A stretch of 64,000 bases of DNA from an uncultured Porphyromonadaceae bacterium (GCA_964547475.1 CAZJNQ010000004.1:16784-80783); one strand, 5' to 3'. Counted from the stretch's first letter, positions 54,670 to 64,000 are shown. Notes: generated by a model not told the origin, from the sequence alone. Program-made: numbers and translations.

Positions 54670-57048
54670 ATGGCAAAACATAACCGGCGGGAGTTTATCC
54701 GGAATTCAGCGATAGCGGGTGGGATGGTTTTATCCTCGGAAATCCTTCTCAAGGAGGCTTTTGGTTTTGATTCCGGTTCAGGACAAGCCACAGGCATTCC
54801 CCGTGAAGGCTGGATCAGGGTGGGTTGCCCTTCTCATAACTGCGGTGGACGGTGCCTCCTGAATGTAAAGGTTGATAATGGCATCATCACGCGAATAGAG
54901 ACGGATGACCGTCCGGGAGATTCCCCTGCCGATCCGCAACTGCGTGCCTGCATCCGTGGCAGAAGCTACCGGAGGAGGCAGTATCATCCTGACCGGCTTA
55001 AATATCCCTTGTTGCGAACCGGCAAGCGGGGCGAAGGCAAGTTTACCCGCATCAGCTGGAATGAAGCCCTGGAACGGATGGCCGATGCGCTGATCAGGAT
55101 TAAAAAAAAATATGGTAACGAATCCATCTTCATTCCATACGGAACGGGAAGTTATAGCCATATCAACGGGCGCTGGCCGGCTGTCAGGCTGATCAACCTC
55201 TTTGGAGGATCCCTCGATTATTACAATTCCTACTCCTGGGCAGCCATCAGCCGCGCCACTCCCACGGTTTACGGCACGAACGTAACGGGAAACCAGCGGC
55301 AGGACTGGCTCAACTCGAAGTACATCATCATGTGGGGCTGGAATCCCGCTGAGATGCGTGATGGGACCAACTCTGAATATTTCCTGAAGCTGGCAAGGGA
55401 AAACGGGGCCCGGATAGTCTGTATCGATCCGCGGATGACCTTGTCGGCGGTTGCCCTGGCTGATGAATGGATCCCTGTCCGGCCGGGAACCGACGTTGCC
55501 CTGATGAGCGCCATGGCCTATGTAATGGTATCGGAAGGGATTTACGATGAGAAGTTCGTGAGCACCCATTGTGTGGGCTTTGACCGTTCACAGATGCCAT
55601 CGGGACTGGAAAGCGAGGAGTCCTACCTGGATTATCTGATGGGGATCCTCGATGGACAGCCCAAGACACCCGCCTGGGCATCCGGGATAACGGGTGTCCC
55701 TTCCTCAACCATCACCCGCATTGCCCGTGAATATGCCACAATAAAACCGGCCATGCTTTACCAGGGTTACGGGATGCAGCGCAGGGCATATGGTGAGCAG
55801 CCCGTGAGGGGTGGCTGTGTTCTCGCGGCCCTTACGGGAAATATCGGGATCCATGGCGGATGGGCATCCGGGATAGCCCTGCAGCCTGGTGGAGGTCCCT
55901 TTTGGAGCATTTTCCCCACAGGAATCAATCCGGTTAAAGCCAGGATCCCCTCATTCCTTTGGACGGAAGCGGTGATCAGGGGAACGAACCTGACTCCGGC
56001 CGAAGGTCTTACCGGGGTCGAAAAGCTGGCCTCCGGCATCAAAATGATTTGGGCCGTGGCGTCGAATATCCTGGTCAACCAGCACGGCAACAGCCGCCGG
56101 GCTGAAAGAATACTGGAAAATGAGCAGCTGGCGGAGTTTATCGTGGTCCAGGACCAATTCATGACTTCATCAGCCCGGTATGCCGATCTGGTGTTGCCAG
56201 CCTGTACCCATTTTGAAACCTGGGGCCTGGAGGATGGCTGGAAATATGGCGAGGAGATCATCCTGATGCCCCAACTGGTGGAGCCGTTGGCCGAAACCAA
56301 ATCAGATTACAGGATCTGCGCTGACCTGGCCGAAAAGCTTGGACTCAGGGAAGCATTTACCGAAGGGCTCGATGAAAAGGGCTGGACACGCAGGCTCTGG
56401 GATGAATTCAGGGAGAGAAGGTTTCAGGATCTGCCTGCATTTGAATCCTTCGTGGCGTCCAATCAAGGGGTCTACAGCACACCGGTTAAAAATCCAGCTG
56501 TGGCATTTGAGTCATTCAGGATCGATCCTGAAAACCATCCCTTGCCTACTCCCAGCGGAAAGATTGAAATTTTTTCAGAAGGGCTGTTCAAGTTGAACAA
56601 TCCTGCCGAAATACCGCCCATACCTAAATACATACAGGAATGGGAGTCGCCTTTCGGTCCTGAAGCCAGGGAATTTCCGCTGCAGGCTATCGGTGCCCAT
56701 TATATGGCACGGGTACATTCAACGCATGACAACACTGACTGGCTTCGCGAAGCCTTTCCTCAGCGGGTTTTCATCAATCCGGTTGATGCAGAAGCAAGGA
56801 ACCTGAAGACCGGGGACCGGGTTAAGGTCTTCAACCAGAGAGGCATATTGATCCTTCCCTGCCGTGTGACACCGAGGATCATGCCAGGGGTGGTTTCTAT
56901 CCCGCAGGGAGCCTGGACCCGGAATGGAACCGGTGGTACTGATACGGGTGGCAATATCAATAATCTCTCCTCCGAAAGGTGGACACCGTTGGCTTTTGGC
57001 AACGCGCAGCATACCATCATGGTTCAGGTTGAAAAAACAAAAGAATGA
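54670..57048 (+). CDS. dmsA: Tat-exported DMSO-reductase-family molybdopterin oxidoreductase, catalytic subunit
   Basis: Tat leader MAKHNRREFIRNSAIAGG and N-terminal Cys motif CPSHNCGGRC. 792 aa, with MGD-binding regions. Confidence 0.9.
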   Translation: MAKHNRREFIRNSAIAGGMVLSSEILLKEAFGFDSGSGQATGIPREGWIRVGCPSHNCGGRCLLNVKVDNGIITRIETDDRPGDSPADPQLRACIRGRSYRRRQYHPDRLKYPLLRTGKRGEGKFTRISWNEALERMADALIRIKKKYGNESIFIPYGTGSYSHINGRWPAVRLINLFGGSLDYYNSYSWAAISRATPTVYGTNVTGNQRQDWLNSKYIIMWGWNPAEMRDGTNSEYFLKLARENGARIVCIDPRMTLSAVALADEWIPVRPGTDVALMSAMAYVMVSEGIYDEKFVSTHCVGFDRSQMPSGLESEESYLDYLMGILDGQPKTPAWASGITGVPSSTITRIAREYATIKPAMLYQGYGMQRRAYGEQPVRGGCVLAALTGNIGIHGGWASGIALQPGGGPFWSIFPTGINPVKARIPSFLWTEAVIRGTNLTPAEGLTGVEKLASGIKMIWAVASNILVNQHGNSRRAERILENEQLAEFIVVQDQFMTSSARYADLVLPACTHFETWGLEDGWKYGEEIILMPQLVEPLAETKSDYRICADLAEKLGLREAFTEGLDEKGWTRRLWDEFRERRFQDLPAFESFVASNQGVYSTPVKNPAVAFESFRIDPENHPLPTPSGKIEIFSEGLFKLNNPAEIPPIPKYIQEWESPFGPEAREFPLQAIGAHYMARVHSTHDNTDWLREAFPQRVFINPVDAEARNLKTGDRVKVFNQRGILILPCRVTPRIMPGVVSIPQGAWTRNGTGGTDTGGNINNLSSERWTPLAFGNAQHTIMVQVEKTKE

Positions 57049-57674
57049 CAACCTACGGATTCTATTTCGATTCCCGGTACTGTTCGGGTTGCAAAACCTG
57101 CCAGGTTGCCTGCAAGGACAAGAATAACCTTCCGGGAAACCTGAAGTACAGAAGGGTATATGAGATCTGCGGATCTGACTGGAAACGGAATGATGAAGGT
57201 GCCTGGATATCCGGTGTCGTGGCCTACAACCTGTCCATCGGCTGCAATCACTGCGAAAAACCTCTCTGCGTCACCTCCTGCCCGACAAAAGCCATGCAGG
57301 CCAGCCCGGAAGGTATCGTCACGATCGATCCCAACCGCTGCATCGGTTGCCGTTATTGTGAATGGGCCTGCCCCTACGGTGCCCCGCAATACAATAAAGC
57401 AAAAGGGATCATGCAGAAGTGCGACTTTTGCCTCGATTATCTCCGGGAAGGGAAACCTCCGGTGTGCGTATCATCCTGTCCCATGCGGGCACTCGATTTC
57501 GGACCGATTGAACAACTCGAAGCCCGGTACGGTACTATCCGTTCGGTTTACCCACTGCCGGATCCCGGGATAACCCACCCTTCCCTGATCATCAGGCCTC
57601 ACAAAGGAACCGACGATGCACAAAAAATGACCGCAGCCATCATGAACCGGGAGGAGGTCAAAAATGAGCAGTAA
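57045..57674 (+). CDS. dmsB: DMSO reductase-type 4Fe-4S subunit
   Basis: ATGA overlap with dmsA. Cys clusters CSGCKTCQVAC, CNHCEKPLCVTSC, CIGCRYCEWAC and CDFC. Confidence 0.92.
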   Translation: MTTYGFYFDSRYCSGCKTCQVACKDKNNLPGNLKYRRVYEICGSDWKRNDEGAWISGVVAYNLSIGCNHCEKPLCVTSCPTKAMQASPEGIVTIDPNRCIGCRYCEWACPYGAPQYNKAKGIMQKCDFCLDYLREGKPPVCVSSCPMRALDFGPIEQLEARYGTIRSVYPLPDPGITHPSLIIRPHKGTDDAQKMTAAIMNREEVKNEQ

Positions 57675-58533
57675 GGAATGGCCATTGATGGTTTTCACCC
57701 TGGCCATGCAGCTTTCAGCAGGAATCATCCTGATCTATGACCTGTTCCTTCTTTTTCCCCTGTACCGGACACGGGTGGATCTGCCTGCGAGGTTCCAATG
57801 GATACTGATGATCGCCCTTGCGGCAGCTATGGTAGGTGTGGGATGTTCTTTCCTGCACCTTGGGAATCCCCTGAATGCCCCTAAAACACTTTCCAACCTG
57901 TCAGGCTCATGGCTCAGCAGGGAAGTCATATCACTCCTGATATTTACCGGCTTGTTGCTGGTCGTTACCATTCTGCATTTCCGGTTTCCGTCAGCCGGCA
58001 GGTCCATGAAATGGCTGGTTGACCTGACTGTTCTTGCAGGCCTGGTCTTGATCTATTGCATGAGCCGGATCTATATGATCCCAGGCCGTCCTGCCTGGAA
58101 CAGTTTGTTTACGCCGGCAGGATTTTACCTGTCATCCATCATACTCGGAACGGGAATCCTTCTCCTTTTTCAAATTAACAGCGGTTCCTGGGCCAGCCAG
58201 AAAGCCCTGTCAATCCTTGCCATATCCGTTATCGCCATCCAGATTGCGCTGGTTCCCCTGTACCTCTCCTGGATCGGGATTATGGAAAGATCATCAGGAC
58301 TGACCCTGAATGTTTTGCTCCATGACAACCTGGTCTGGTTCTATCTGCGCCTGGTCTGCTATTTCCTTGGATTGGGATGCAGCATCTGGGCCTTGCTGTC
58401 CATCCGGTCGGACATGGTCCACAACCGTTACCTTTTCCTTCCGGTCATCCTGACATTAATGGCAATCCTCGCAGCTCAGATTATCGACCGGTTTCTTTTT
58501 TATACCCAAAACCTGTCGGCTGAAGGGTTTTAA
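57664..58533 (+). CDS. dmsC: DmsC-type membrane anchor subunit
   Basis: 289 aa, about 8 TM helices, with the N-terminus KEWPLMVFTLAMQLSAG typical of DmsC. It overlaps dmsB by 11 nt. Confidence 0.8.
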   Translation: MSSKEWPLMVFTLAMQLSAGIILIYDLFLLFPLYRTRVDLPARFQWILMIALAAAMVGVGCSFLHLGNPLNAPKTLSNLSGSWLSREVISLLIFTGLLLVVTILHFRFPSAGRSMKWLVDLTVLAGLVLIYCMSRIYMIPGRPAWNSLFTPAGFYLSSIILGTGILLLFQINSGSWASQKALSILAISVIAIQIALVPLYLSWIGIMERSSGLTLNVLLHDNLVWFYLRLVCYFLGLGCSIWALLSIRSDMVHNRYLFLPVILTLMAILAAQIIDRFLFYTQNLSAEGF

Positions 58534-59795
58534 ACAGCCTGCTGCAGGTGTTTCCTGATTTTGTACCCCCTCCATCCGAAAAGAAAAATGATCACGAAGC
58601 AGGCCATCGGAACCAGGAATCCGATCTCCATCCCCGAAATATCAGCGATATATCCCATGAAAACAGGGCAAACTGCACCACCCACAATAGCCATGACCAG
58701 GTAGGACGATGCCTGTTTGGTCTGCGCTCCGAGCCCTTTGATTCCCAAGGCAAATATGGTTGGAAACATGATCGACATGCAGAAATAAGTCAAGAAAAGG
58801 GCTATCAGTGATATCCATCCGAGGTTGGCGACAACCAGGCACATGGTGAGGACATTGACAAAGGCATAAACGGCGATCATCCGGTTAGGCTTGATCCACT
58901 TCATGATCACGCTGCCTGAAACCCTTCCGAGCCAGAAAAAAAAGAAGCCCAACGAAAGCAGATAAGCCGCCTTTTCGGGTGTAAACTGCGGCATGGTTTC
59001 AGTTACATAGTTGATAAAAAAACTGTTGACACCGGTCTGGGCAGCCACATAAAAGAATTGGGCAATGACTGCGAAAACGAAGTGCCTCTGCTTCCAGAAA
59101 GGCCGGGTTATCTCACCGGGCTCCCGGTGTTCTGCCTCTTCCTCATTGATCTCCGGAAGCTTCGTCATGATAAACAGAAACGCGACCAACAGGACAAAGG
59201 AGCCAATGATCATGTAGGGCAAAGCCATCGATGAAAACTTGTTGCCATCCACTCCCGACGAGGTGTTTCCAAGAATCAGTATGCCGCCGATGGTCGGTCC
59301 GACCATCCAGCCCAAGCCATTGAAAGATTGGGAAAGGTTGATCCTCTGGGCCGCGCTGTGTTTCGGCCCGAGCACTGTCGTATAAGGATTGGCCGCGGTT
59401 TCCAGGCAAGTCAGCCCGCATGCTATGATGAACAGGCATAGCAGGGTGAACTCAAATGTCTGTATGTAGGTGGCCGGGAGGAACAGAAAGGCGCCGAATG
59501 CGTAAAGCAGCAAGCCGAAAATGATCCCTTTCCGGTAGCCAAAACGCTTCATGAACAATCCGGCCGGAATACCCATTAGGAAATATCCTCCGTAGAGCGC
59601 TGCCTGGATCCACCCTGACCGGGCCTTGGTGATCCCCAGGATATCCTGGAAATGCTTGTTTAGCACATCAAGAAGGCTATGGGCAAAGCCCCACAGAAAA
59701 AAAAGACTGGTGACCAGAATGAATGGTATCAGGAAATTTCTCCCATCGAGCTTGACCAGTGAAGTTTTCACTTTCTCCATAGTCCGGTTATCCAT
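58530..59795 (-). CDS. MFS sugar:H+ symporter (FucP/GluP family)
   Basis: 421 aa with 12 predicted TM helices. The N-terminal region (FLWGFAHSLLDVLNKHFQ and GIPAGLFMKRFGYRKG) is characteristic of fucose and glucose/galactose permeases. Confidence 0.85.
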   Translation of the reverse strand: MDNRTMEKVKTSLVKLDGRNFLIPFILVTSLFFLWGFAHSLLDVLNKHFQDILGITKARSGWIQAALYGGYFLMGIPAGLFMKRFGYRKGIIFGLLLYAFGAFLFLPATYIQTFEFTLLCLFIIACGLTCLETAANPYTTVLGPKHSAAQRINLSQSFNGLGWMVGPTIGGILILGNTSSGVDGNKFSSMALPYMIIGSFVLLVAFLFIMTKLPEINEEEAEHREPGEITRPFWKQRHFVFAVIAQFFYVAAQTGVNSFFINYVTETMPQFTPEKAAYLLSLGFFFFWLGRVSGSVIMKWIKPNRMIAVYAFVNVLTMCLVVANLGWISLIALFLTYFCMSIMFPTIFALGIKGLGAQTKQASSYLVMAIVGGAVCPVFMGYIADISGMEIGFLVPMACFVIIFLFGWRGYKIRKHLQQAV

Positions 59796-59858
59796 GTCGC
59801 GAAGTTTTGGTTCTGAATTGTGTTAGCCAGCCAAATCTACTGTTTTAGCTCAAGATAA

Positions 59859-61019
59859 TTATAGCCTGGATTTAAAAATTGCCGGAACGTCCTCGATGGT
59901 CAAATCCTTTCCTTGTCCCAGGTACGTCACGTTCCTGCTCTTTAACTGGCTGACTACCTTATCGATAACCTCAAGCCCGATACCATGTTCAGAAAGCCGG
60001 GTATTCACTCCCAGACAGCGGAAAAACTGGTCGGTTATCCGGGTTGCTTCCCTGATAGCCGCCATGTGATCGGCACTGGTGATTCCCCATATCCTATCGG
60101 CATACTGGAGCATTTTATCCTTTCTCCGTTCCCCGGCAACATCCATCACGCCTGGAAGAATGATGGCGAGGGTGACTGCATGGTCCAGCCCGTAGAGGAC
60201 GGTCAATTCATGACCCAGGGTATGAGTGGTCCAATCGGTTGTAACGCCCTTTGAAAGGAATGAGTTCAAGGCATTGGCCGCTGCCCACATGAGATTGGCT
60301 CGGTCATTGTAATCAGGCTGCTGATCGGCATAGATCCTGGAGCCCGTGTCTCTCAAAATGAGCAGAAGGCTCTCTGCAAACCGGTCCTGCACCTCCGCCT
60401 TTGCCGGATAGGTCAGGTATTGCTCAAGGACGTGAATAAAGGCATCGATCACGCCGTTAGCCAGCTGGTTTTTAGGCAGGGAATAGGTGACCAGTGGATC
60501 CAGCACGGAAAAGCGCGGCATCACCTCACTGGAAGCGAAGGATAATTTTTGCCCCAGAGACTTCCTGGTTATCACCGCATTGGCATTCATCTCAGTACCT
60601 GTCGCCGGCAGGGTCAGGACTGTGCCCAGAGGTATGGCAGAAGTGACCTGGGCACCTTTAAGCAGGATATCCCAGGAATCCTTGCCCTTGTAACAGGCTG
60701 CCGCAGCCAGGAACTTGGATGCGTCGATGACCGAACCGCCTCCGACTGCCAGGATGAACCCGATTTTTTTCTCCCTGATGATATCCAGGGCCGGCAACAA
60801 TTGTTCATAAACGGGATTGGGCTGGACCCCAGGGAATTCATAATATTCATACTCTTTCAACACTTCCATGACCTGGTCGTAAACGCCATTTTTCCGGATG
60901 CTGCCGCCTCCGTATACCAGGAGGATCGGTATCTTTTCAGGCAAGTGTTCGGGTATTTTCGCAATGGTCCCCTTCCCAAACAGTATCCTGACGGGATTAT
61001 AATATTCGAAATTCTTCAT
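59859..61019 (-). CDS. iron-containing (group III) alcohol dehydrogenase
   Basis: GGGSVIDASK motif and metal-binding His residues (THTLGHELT). ATG 61019 (MKNFEYYNPVRILFG) is preferred over the upstream start in the ORF track, which would include the candidate promoter box. Confidence 0.9.
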   Translation of the reverse strand: MKNFEYYNPVRILFGKGTIAKIPEHLPEKIPILLVYGGGSIRKNGVYDQVMEVLKEYEYYEFPGVQPNPVYEQLLPALDIIREKKIGFILAVGGGSVIDASKFLAAAACYKGKDSWDILLKGAQVTSAIPLGTVLTLPATGTEMNANAVITRKSLGQKLSFASSEVMPRFSVLDPLVTYSLPKNQLANGVIDAFIHVLEQYLTYPAKAEVQDRFAESLLLILRDTGSRIYADQQPDYNDRANLMWAAANALNSFLSKGVTTDWTTHTLGHELTVLYGLDHAVTLAIILPGVMDVAGERRKDKMLQYADRIWGITSADHMAAIREATRITDQFFRCLGVNTRLSEHGIGLEVIDKVVSQLKSRNVTYLGQGKDLTIEDVPAIFKSRL

Positions 61020-61046
61020 GACCGTAAGTTTTCTGAGTTTTAGATT

Positions 61047-61054
61047 CAAATATA
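61047..61054 (-). promoter_or_regulatory. candidate -7 promoter box (TAnnTTTG) for the ADH-MFS operon
   Basis: The minus strand reads TATATTTG, ending 27 nt upstream of ATG 61019. Confidence 0.3.
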
Positions 61055-61136
61055 ACCGATATTGTTAATTTCATTGGTTGTAATCATGGCCGGGAAATTC
61101 AGATTTGTCTATTCAAAAAATCAATTCAAACCCAAC

Positions 61137-62504
61137 ATGAAAAGAATTAATCTTGCACTTTTTTTATTGATTTTCTTTGGATTATCGATTGAAGCAACAG
61201 CCCAGGATCCCTGGACCCGGCTGTTCAACGGAAAGAACCTGAAGGGCTGGAAGCAGCTGAACGGGTTTGCCAGGTATACGGTAAAGGATGGAGCAATCGT
61301 CGGAAGCACGGTGGCCGGTTCTCCCAACAGTTTTCTGTGCACGACCCAAGATTATTCCGATTTTATCCTTGAGTTCGAAGTATGGGTGGATTCCCGGCTT
61401 AATTCCGGAGTGCAGGTCAGGAGCCATAGCTACCCCGCCTATCAGAATGGCAGGGTACATGGTTATCAGGTGGAGATCGACCCTTCGGATCGTGCGTGGA
61501 GTGCCGGAATTTATGATGAAGCGCGTCGCGCCTGGCTTTACACCCTGGCTGATAATCCGGATGCCCGCAGGGCGTTCAGGAAGAACGAATGGAACCTCTA
61601 CCGCGTGGAAGCCATCGGGACTTCCATCCGGGTATGGCTGAACGGCGTGCCGGCCTCCAACCTGACAGATGATATGGATGCCAGCGGTTTCATAGGGCTC
61701 CAGGTTCACGGCATAGGCGATGATCCGGCAAACTCCGGCATTCAGGTCAAATGGAGAAACATCCGGATCATTACGCGGGAACCTGAAAAGTACCGTTTGC
61801 CGATGCCTCCCTCCGTCAGGGAGATCTCAGCCATTCCGAATACCCTGACCGGCTGGGAGATAGCTCAAGGTTGGAAGCTGTTGTGGGACGGTAAAACCAC
61901 GTTGGGTTGGAGAGGGGCTGACAAGACCGCTTTCCCCGAAAAAGGATGGGAGATCAAGGATCGATGCCTGAATGTACAGGGAGCATCGGGAGGTGAATCG
62001 GCTAACGGCGGAGATATTGTGACCACAGCAAAATACAAGGATTTTGAATTGCAGGTTGACTTCAGGCTATCGCAGGGAGCCAACAGCGGGATCAAGTATT
62101 TCGTGGTGGAAGGACTTAACAAAGGGGTTGGTTCCGCCATCGGGCTGGAGTATCAGTTGCTGGATGATGCCAACCACCCCGATGCTTTGGCGGGCGTTGG
62201 CGGCAACCGGACCTGTGCCGGTTTGTACGACCTGATTCCACCGCTGGATGGCAAGGCCCTGAATCCTCCCGGTCAATGGAACACTGCCCGGATCATGGCC
62301 AAAGGAAACCTGGTAGAGCACTGGCTGAATGGTAAAAAGACCGTTGAATATGAGAGGGGTACGCAAATCTTCAGGGCTCTGGTCCAGAAAAGCAAGTATA
62401 GCGTCTATCCGGCTTTCGGGGAGGCGACCGAAGGTCCGATCCTTCTCCAGGATCATGGCAATCAGGTGAGTTTCAGGAATATAAAGATCAGAATATTAAA
62501 TTAA
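61137..62504 (+). CDS. secreted protein with two tandem DUF1080 (3-keto-disaccharide hydrolase-like) domains
   Basis: ATG 61137 gives a signal peptide (MKRINLALFLLIFFGLSIEATAQ). Two homologous halves (LFNGKNLKGWKQ with IRVWLNG, and LWDGKTTLGWRG with VEHWLNG). The C-terminal motif is ILLQDHGNQVSFRNIKI. Confidence 0.8.
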   Translation: MKRINLALFLLIFFGLSIEATAQDPWTRLFNGKNLKGWKQLNGFARYTVKDGAIVGSTVAGSPNSFLCTTQDYSDFILEFEVWVDSRLNSGVQVRSHSYPAYQNGRVHGYQVEIDPSDRAWSAGIYDEARRAWLYTLADNPDARRAFRKNEWNLYRVEAIGTSIRVWLNGVPASNLTDDMDASGFIGLQVHGIGDDPANSGIQVKWRNIRIITREPEKYRLPMPPSVREISAIPNTLTGWEIAQGWKLLWDGKTTLGWRGADKTAFPEKGWEIKDRCLNVQGASGGESANGGDIVTTAKYKDFELQVDFRLSQGANSGIKYFVVEGLNKGVGSAIGLEYQLLDDANHPDALAGVGGNRTCAGLYDLIPPLDGKALNPPGQWNTARIMAKGNLVEHWLNGKKTVEYERGTQIFRALVQKSKYSVYPAFGEATEGPILLQDHGNQVSFRNIKIRILN

Positions 62505-62510
62505 CTCCAG

Positions 62511-64000
62511 ATGACAATCAGAATAGGACCTGTTCTCCTCTGCACATCCTTGATCTTTTGCCTGATGAGTGCCTGCACTATGCGGGAATTGAGCCCGGTT
62601 TCAATCATTCCCAAGCCGGAAAGCCTGGTTCAAGGCAACGGGCAGATCCGGTTAACGGACCGGTACTCCATATACCTTTCAGATCCGGATCTGCTTTCAG
62701 CAAATGCTGTATTTCTGGCCGGCAGGATAAAGAAAGCGGCAGGATTCGACCTGGAGATCGGCAGCCGGGAAACGAGACGTTCGATCAGGCTTGAGATAGA
62801 CCCCTCAATCCAGGATTCCCTGGGATCTGAAGGCTATTCCCTCACCGTCTCCGGCCAAACCGTGACCATCAAGGGTTCTTCCACTGCGGGGATCTTTTAC
62901 GGTATCCAGACCCTCTTTCAACTTCTTCCTCCCGCCATCTATTCCGAAAAGCCCGTCACGGGGACCGCCTGGAGTATCCCCCGGGTTACTATATCGGACG
63001 CACCCCGGTTCGCCTGGCGGGGATTCCTGCTCGACGTATCCCGCCATTTCTTCCCGGTTTCCTATGTCCGCGAAGTTCTGGATCATATGGCTATCCACAA
63101 GCTGAACAGGTTACACCTGCACCTGACCGACGACCAGGGCTGGAGAGTGGAAATCAGGAAATACCCAAAACTGACTGAGGTCGGAGCCTGGCGCGTGAAC
63201 CGTGAAGACCGGCACTGGAACGACCGGGAAGCCCAGAAGCCGGGCGAGATTGCAGATTATGGCGGCTTCTACTCGCAGGATGAGATCCGCGAATTGGTCA
63301 AATATGCATCCGACCGGTGCATAACCATCGTCCCTGAAATAGAAATGCCTGCCCATGCAACCGGTGCCCTCGCCTCCTACCCCGAGTTCTCCTGCCGGGA
63401 AGAGCCGCTGTATGTCCTGCCCGGTGGCATCTGGCCCTGTGACAATATTTTCTGCGCCGGAAAGGATAAAACCTTTACCTTCCTGGAGGATGTGCTCAGG
63501 GAAGTTATGGAGCTCTTCCCCTCGGAATATATTCATATAGGAGGTGATGAAGCGGATAAAACCCAGTGGACCCTGTGCCCGGCATGCCAGAAAAGGATCC
63601 GTACAGAAGGCCTGCAGGACGAAAAAGAGCTGCAAAGCTATTTTATCCGGCGCATGGAGAGGTTTCTAAATGACAACGGCAGGAAGCTGATCGGGTGGGA
63701 TGAAATTCTGGAAGGCGGCCTGGCGCCCAACGCGGCAGTCATGTCGTGGCGGGGTGTTCAGGGCGGCATAGAATCAGCCCGGTCAGGCCACAAGGTGGTC
63801 ATGACACCGACTTCCCATTGCTACATCGATTACTACCAGGGGGCTCCGGAAATGGAACCGATCGCCATCGGAGGTTATGTGCCCCTTGAAAAGGTTTATT
63901 CCTTCGAGCCGGTCCCTGAAGCGTTAAACCAGGAAGAGGCCCGGTTGATACTGGGGGCACAGGCCAATCTATGGACCGAATACGTGGCAACATCCGAACA
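62511..64000 (+). CDS. GH20 beta-N-acetylhexosaminidase (3'-truncated by the window edge)
   Basis: This ORF is absent from the ORF track because no stop is reached. My own translation from ATG 62511 gives a lipoprotein-like leader (LIFCLMSAC). It also gives GYSLTVSGQTVTIKGSSTAGIFYGIQT, DAPRFAWRGFLLDVSRHF, LHLHLTDDQGWRVEI, EIEMPAH, YIHIGGDE and GWDE. Confidence 0.9.
   Translation, partial: MTIRIGPVLLCTSLIFCLMSACTMRELSPVSIIPKPESLVQGNGQIRLTDRYSIYLSDPDLLSANAVFLAGRIKKAAGFDLEIGSRETRRSIRLEIDPSIQDSLGSEGYSLTVSGQTVTIKGSSTAGIFYGIQTLFQLLPPAIYSEKPVTGTAWSIPRVTISDAPRFAWRGFLLDVSRHFFPVSYVREVLDHMAIHKLNRLHLHLTDDQGWRVEIRKYPKLTEVGAWRVNREDRHWNDREAQKPGEIADYGGFYSQDEIRELVKYASDRCITIVPEIEMPAHATGALASYPEFSCREEPLYVLPGGIWPCDNIFCAGKDKTFTFLEDVLREVMELFPSEYIHIGGDEADKTQWTLCPACQKRIRTEGLQDEKELQSYFIRRMERFLNDNGRKLIGWDEILEGGLAPNAAVMSWRGVQGGIESARSGHKVVMTPTSHCYIDYYQGAPEMEPIAIGGYVPLEKVYSFEPVPEALNQEEARLILGAQANLWTEYVATSE

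Noticed and set aside
50716-57048. Possible selenocysteine (in-frame TGA) or frameshift in the two molybdopterin catalytic subunits.
   Set aside because: Both the psrA and dmsA ORFs are uninterrupted and of full family-typical length (742 and 792 aa), with intact Tat leaders and FeS motifs. No in-frame stop needs explaining.
58530-58533. Convergent genes with overlapping stop codons (dmsC/MFS at 58530-58533, small ORF/rhodanese at 47273-47276, plsY/cdaA at 3139-3155), considered as a possible special regulatory device.
   Set aside because: Short tail-to-tail overlaps are common in compact bacterial genomes. The sequence alone gives no evidence of function, so they are mentioned only as context under the relevant findings.
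62978-62990. CCCCCGGGTTACT inside the GH20 gene resembles the right arm of the 49-kb hairpin repeat.
   Set aside because: Only about 12 nt match. There is no left arm or palindrome, and the sequence lies in-frame in a conserved coding region. It is a chance similarity.
1-64000. Search for tRNA, rRNA, tmRNA or riboswitch-like structured RNAs in the intergenic regions.
   Set aside because: All intergenic gaps are under 335 nt. By eye, none shows a cloverleaf-compatible acceptor/T-arm pattern or rRNA-like conservation. I cannot exclude small ncRNAs without a covariance-model scan (Infernal/Rfam, tRNAscan-SE).

Overview
This is a Bacteroidota-type chromosomal segment. The evidence is a SusC/SusD polysaccharide-utilization locus (PUL), type IX secretion (T9SS) C-terminal sorting domains, TAnnTTTG -7 promoter boxes 18-27 nt upstream of several start codons, and an 11-subunit Nuo complex without NuoEFG.

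Gene order:
- A housekeeping block: ppdK (5'-partial), plsY, folP-cdaA, a DUF1599 protein, a DoxX-like protein and tpiA.
- A 1483-aa secreted protein I cannot assign to any family.
- A metallophosphoesterase, a thioredoxin-fold protein and rsmE.
- A truncated IS transposase remnant.
- A tightly coupled three-gene AmmeMemoRadiSam-type operon: a Memo-AMMECR1 fusion, a polytopic spermidine-synthase-like membrane protein, and a radical SAM enzyme with a Tat-like leader.
- A beta-glucan (laminarin-type) PUL: a membrane one-component Y_Y_Y/LuxR sensor, SusC, SusD, a PKD lipoprotein, a GH5-CBM6 enzyme with a T9SS domain, GH3, GH16, and a second GH16 with a T9SS domain.
- nuoABCDHIJKLMN plus a small orphan ORF.
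- A minus-strand sulfur cluster: psrABC, a tandem hairpin-repeat spacer, two half-size YeeE/YedE genes, and an exported rhodanese-like protein whose only Cys is its last residue.
- lipA-lipB, dmsABC, an iron alcohol dehydrogenase with an MFS sugar permease, a tandem-DUF1080 protein, and a 3'-partial GH20 hexosaminidase.

I saw no rRNA, tRNA or CRISPR array. The best candidates for undescribed biology are the remodelled AmmeMemoRadiSam operon (14224-19225) and the psr / repeat / YeeE / C-terminal-Cys rhodanese module (47273-52944). All family assignments rest on motifs read by eye. No database search was run.
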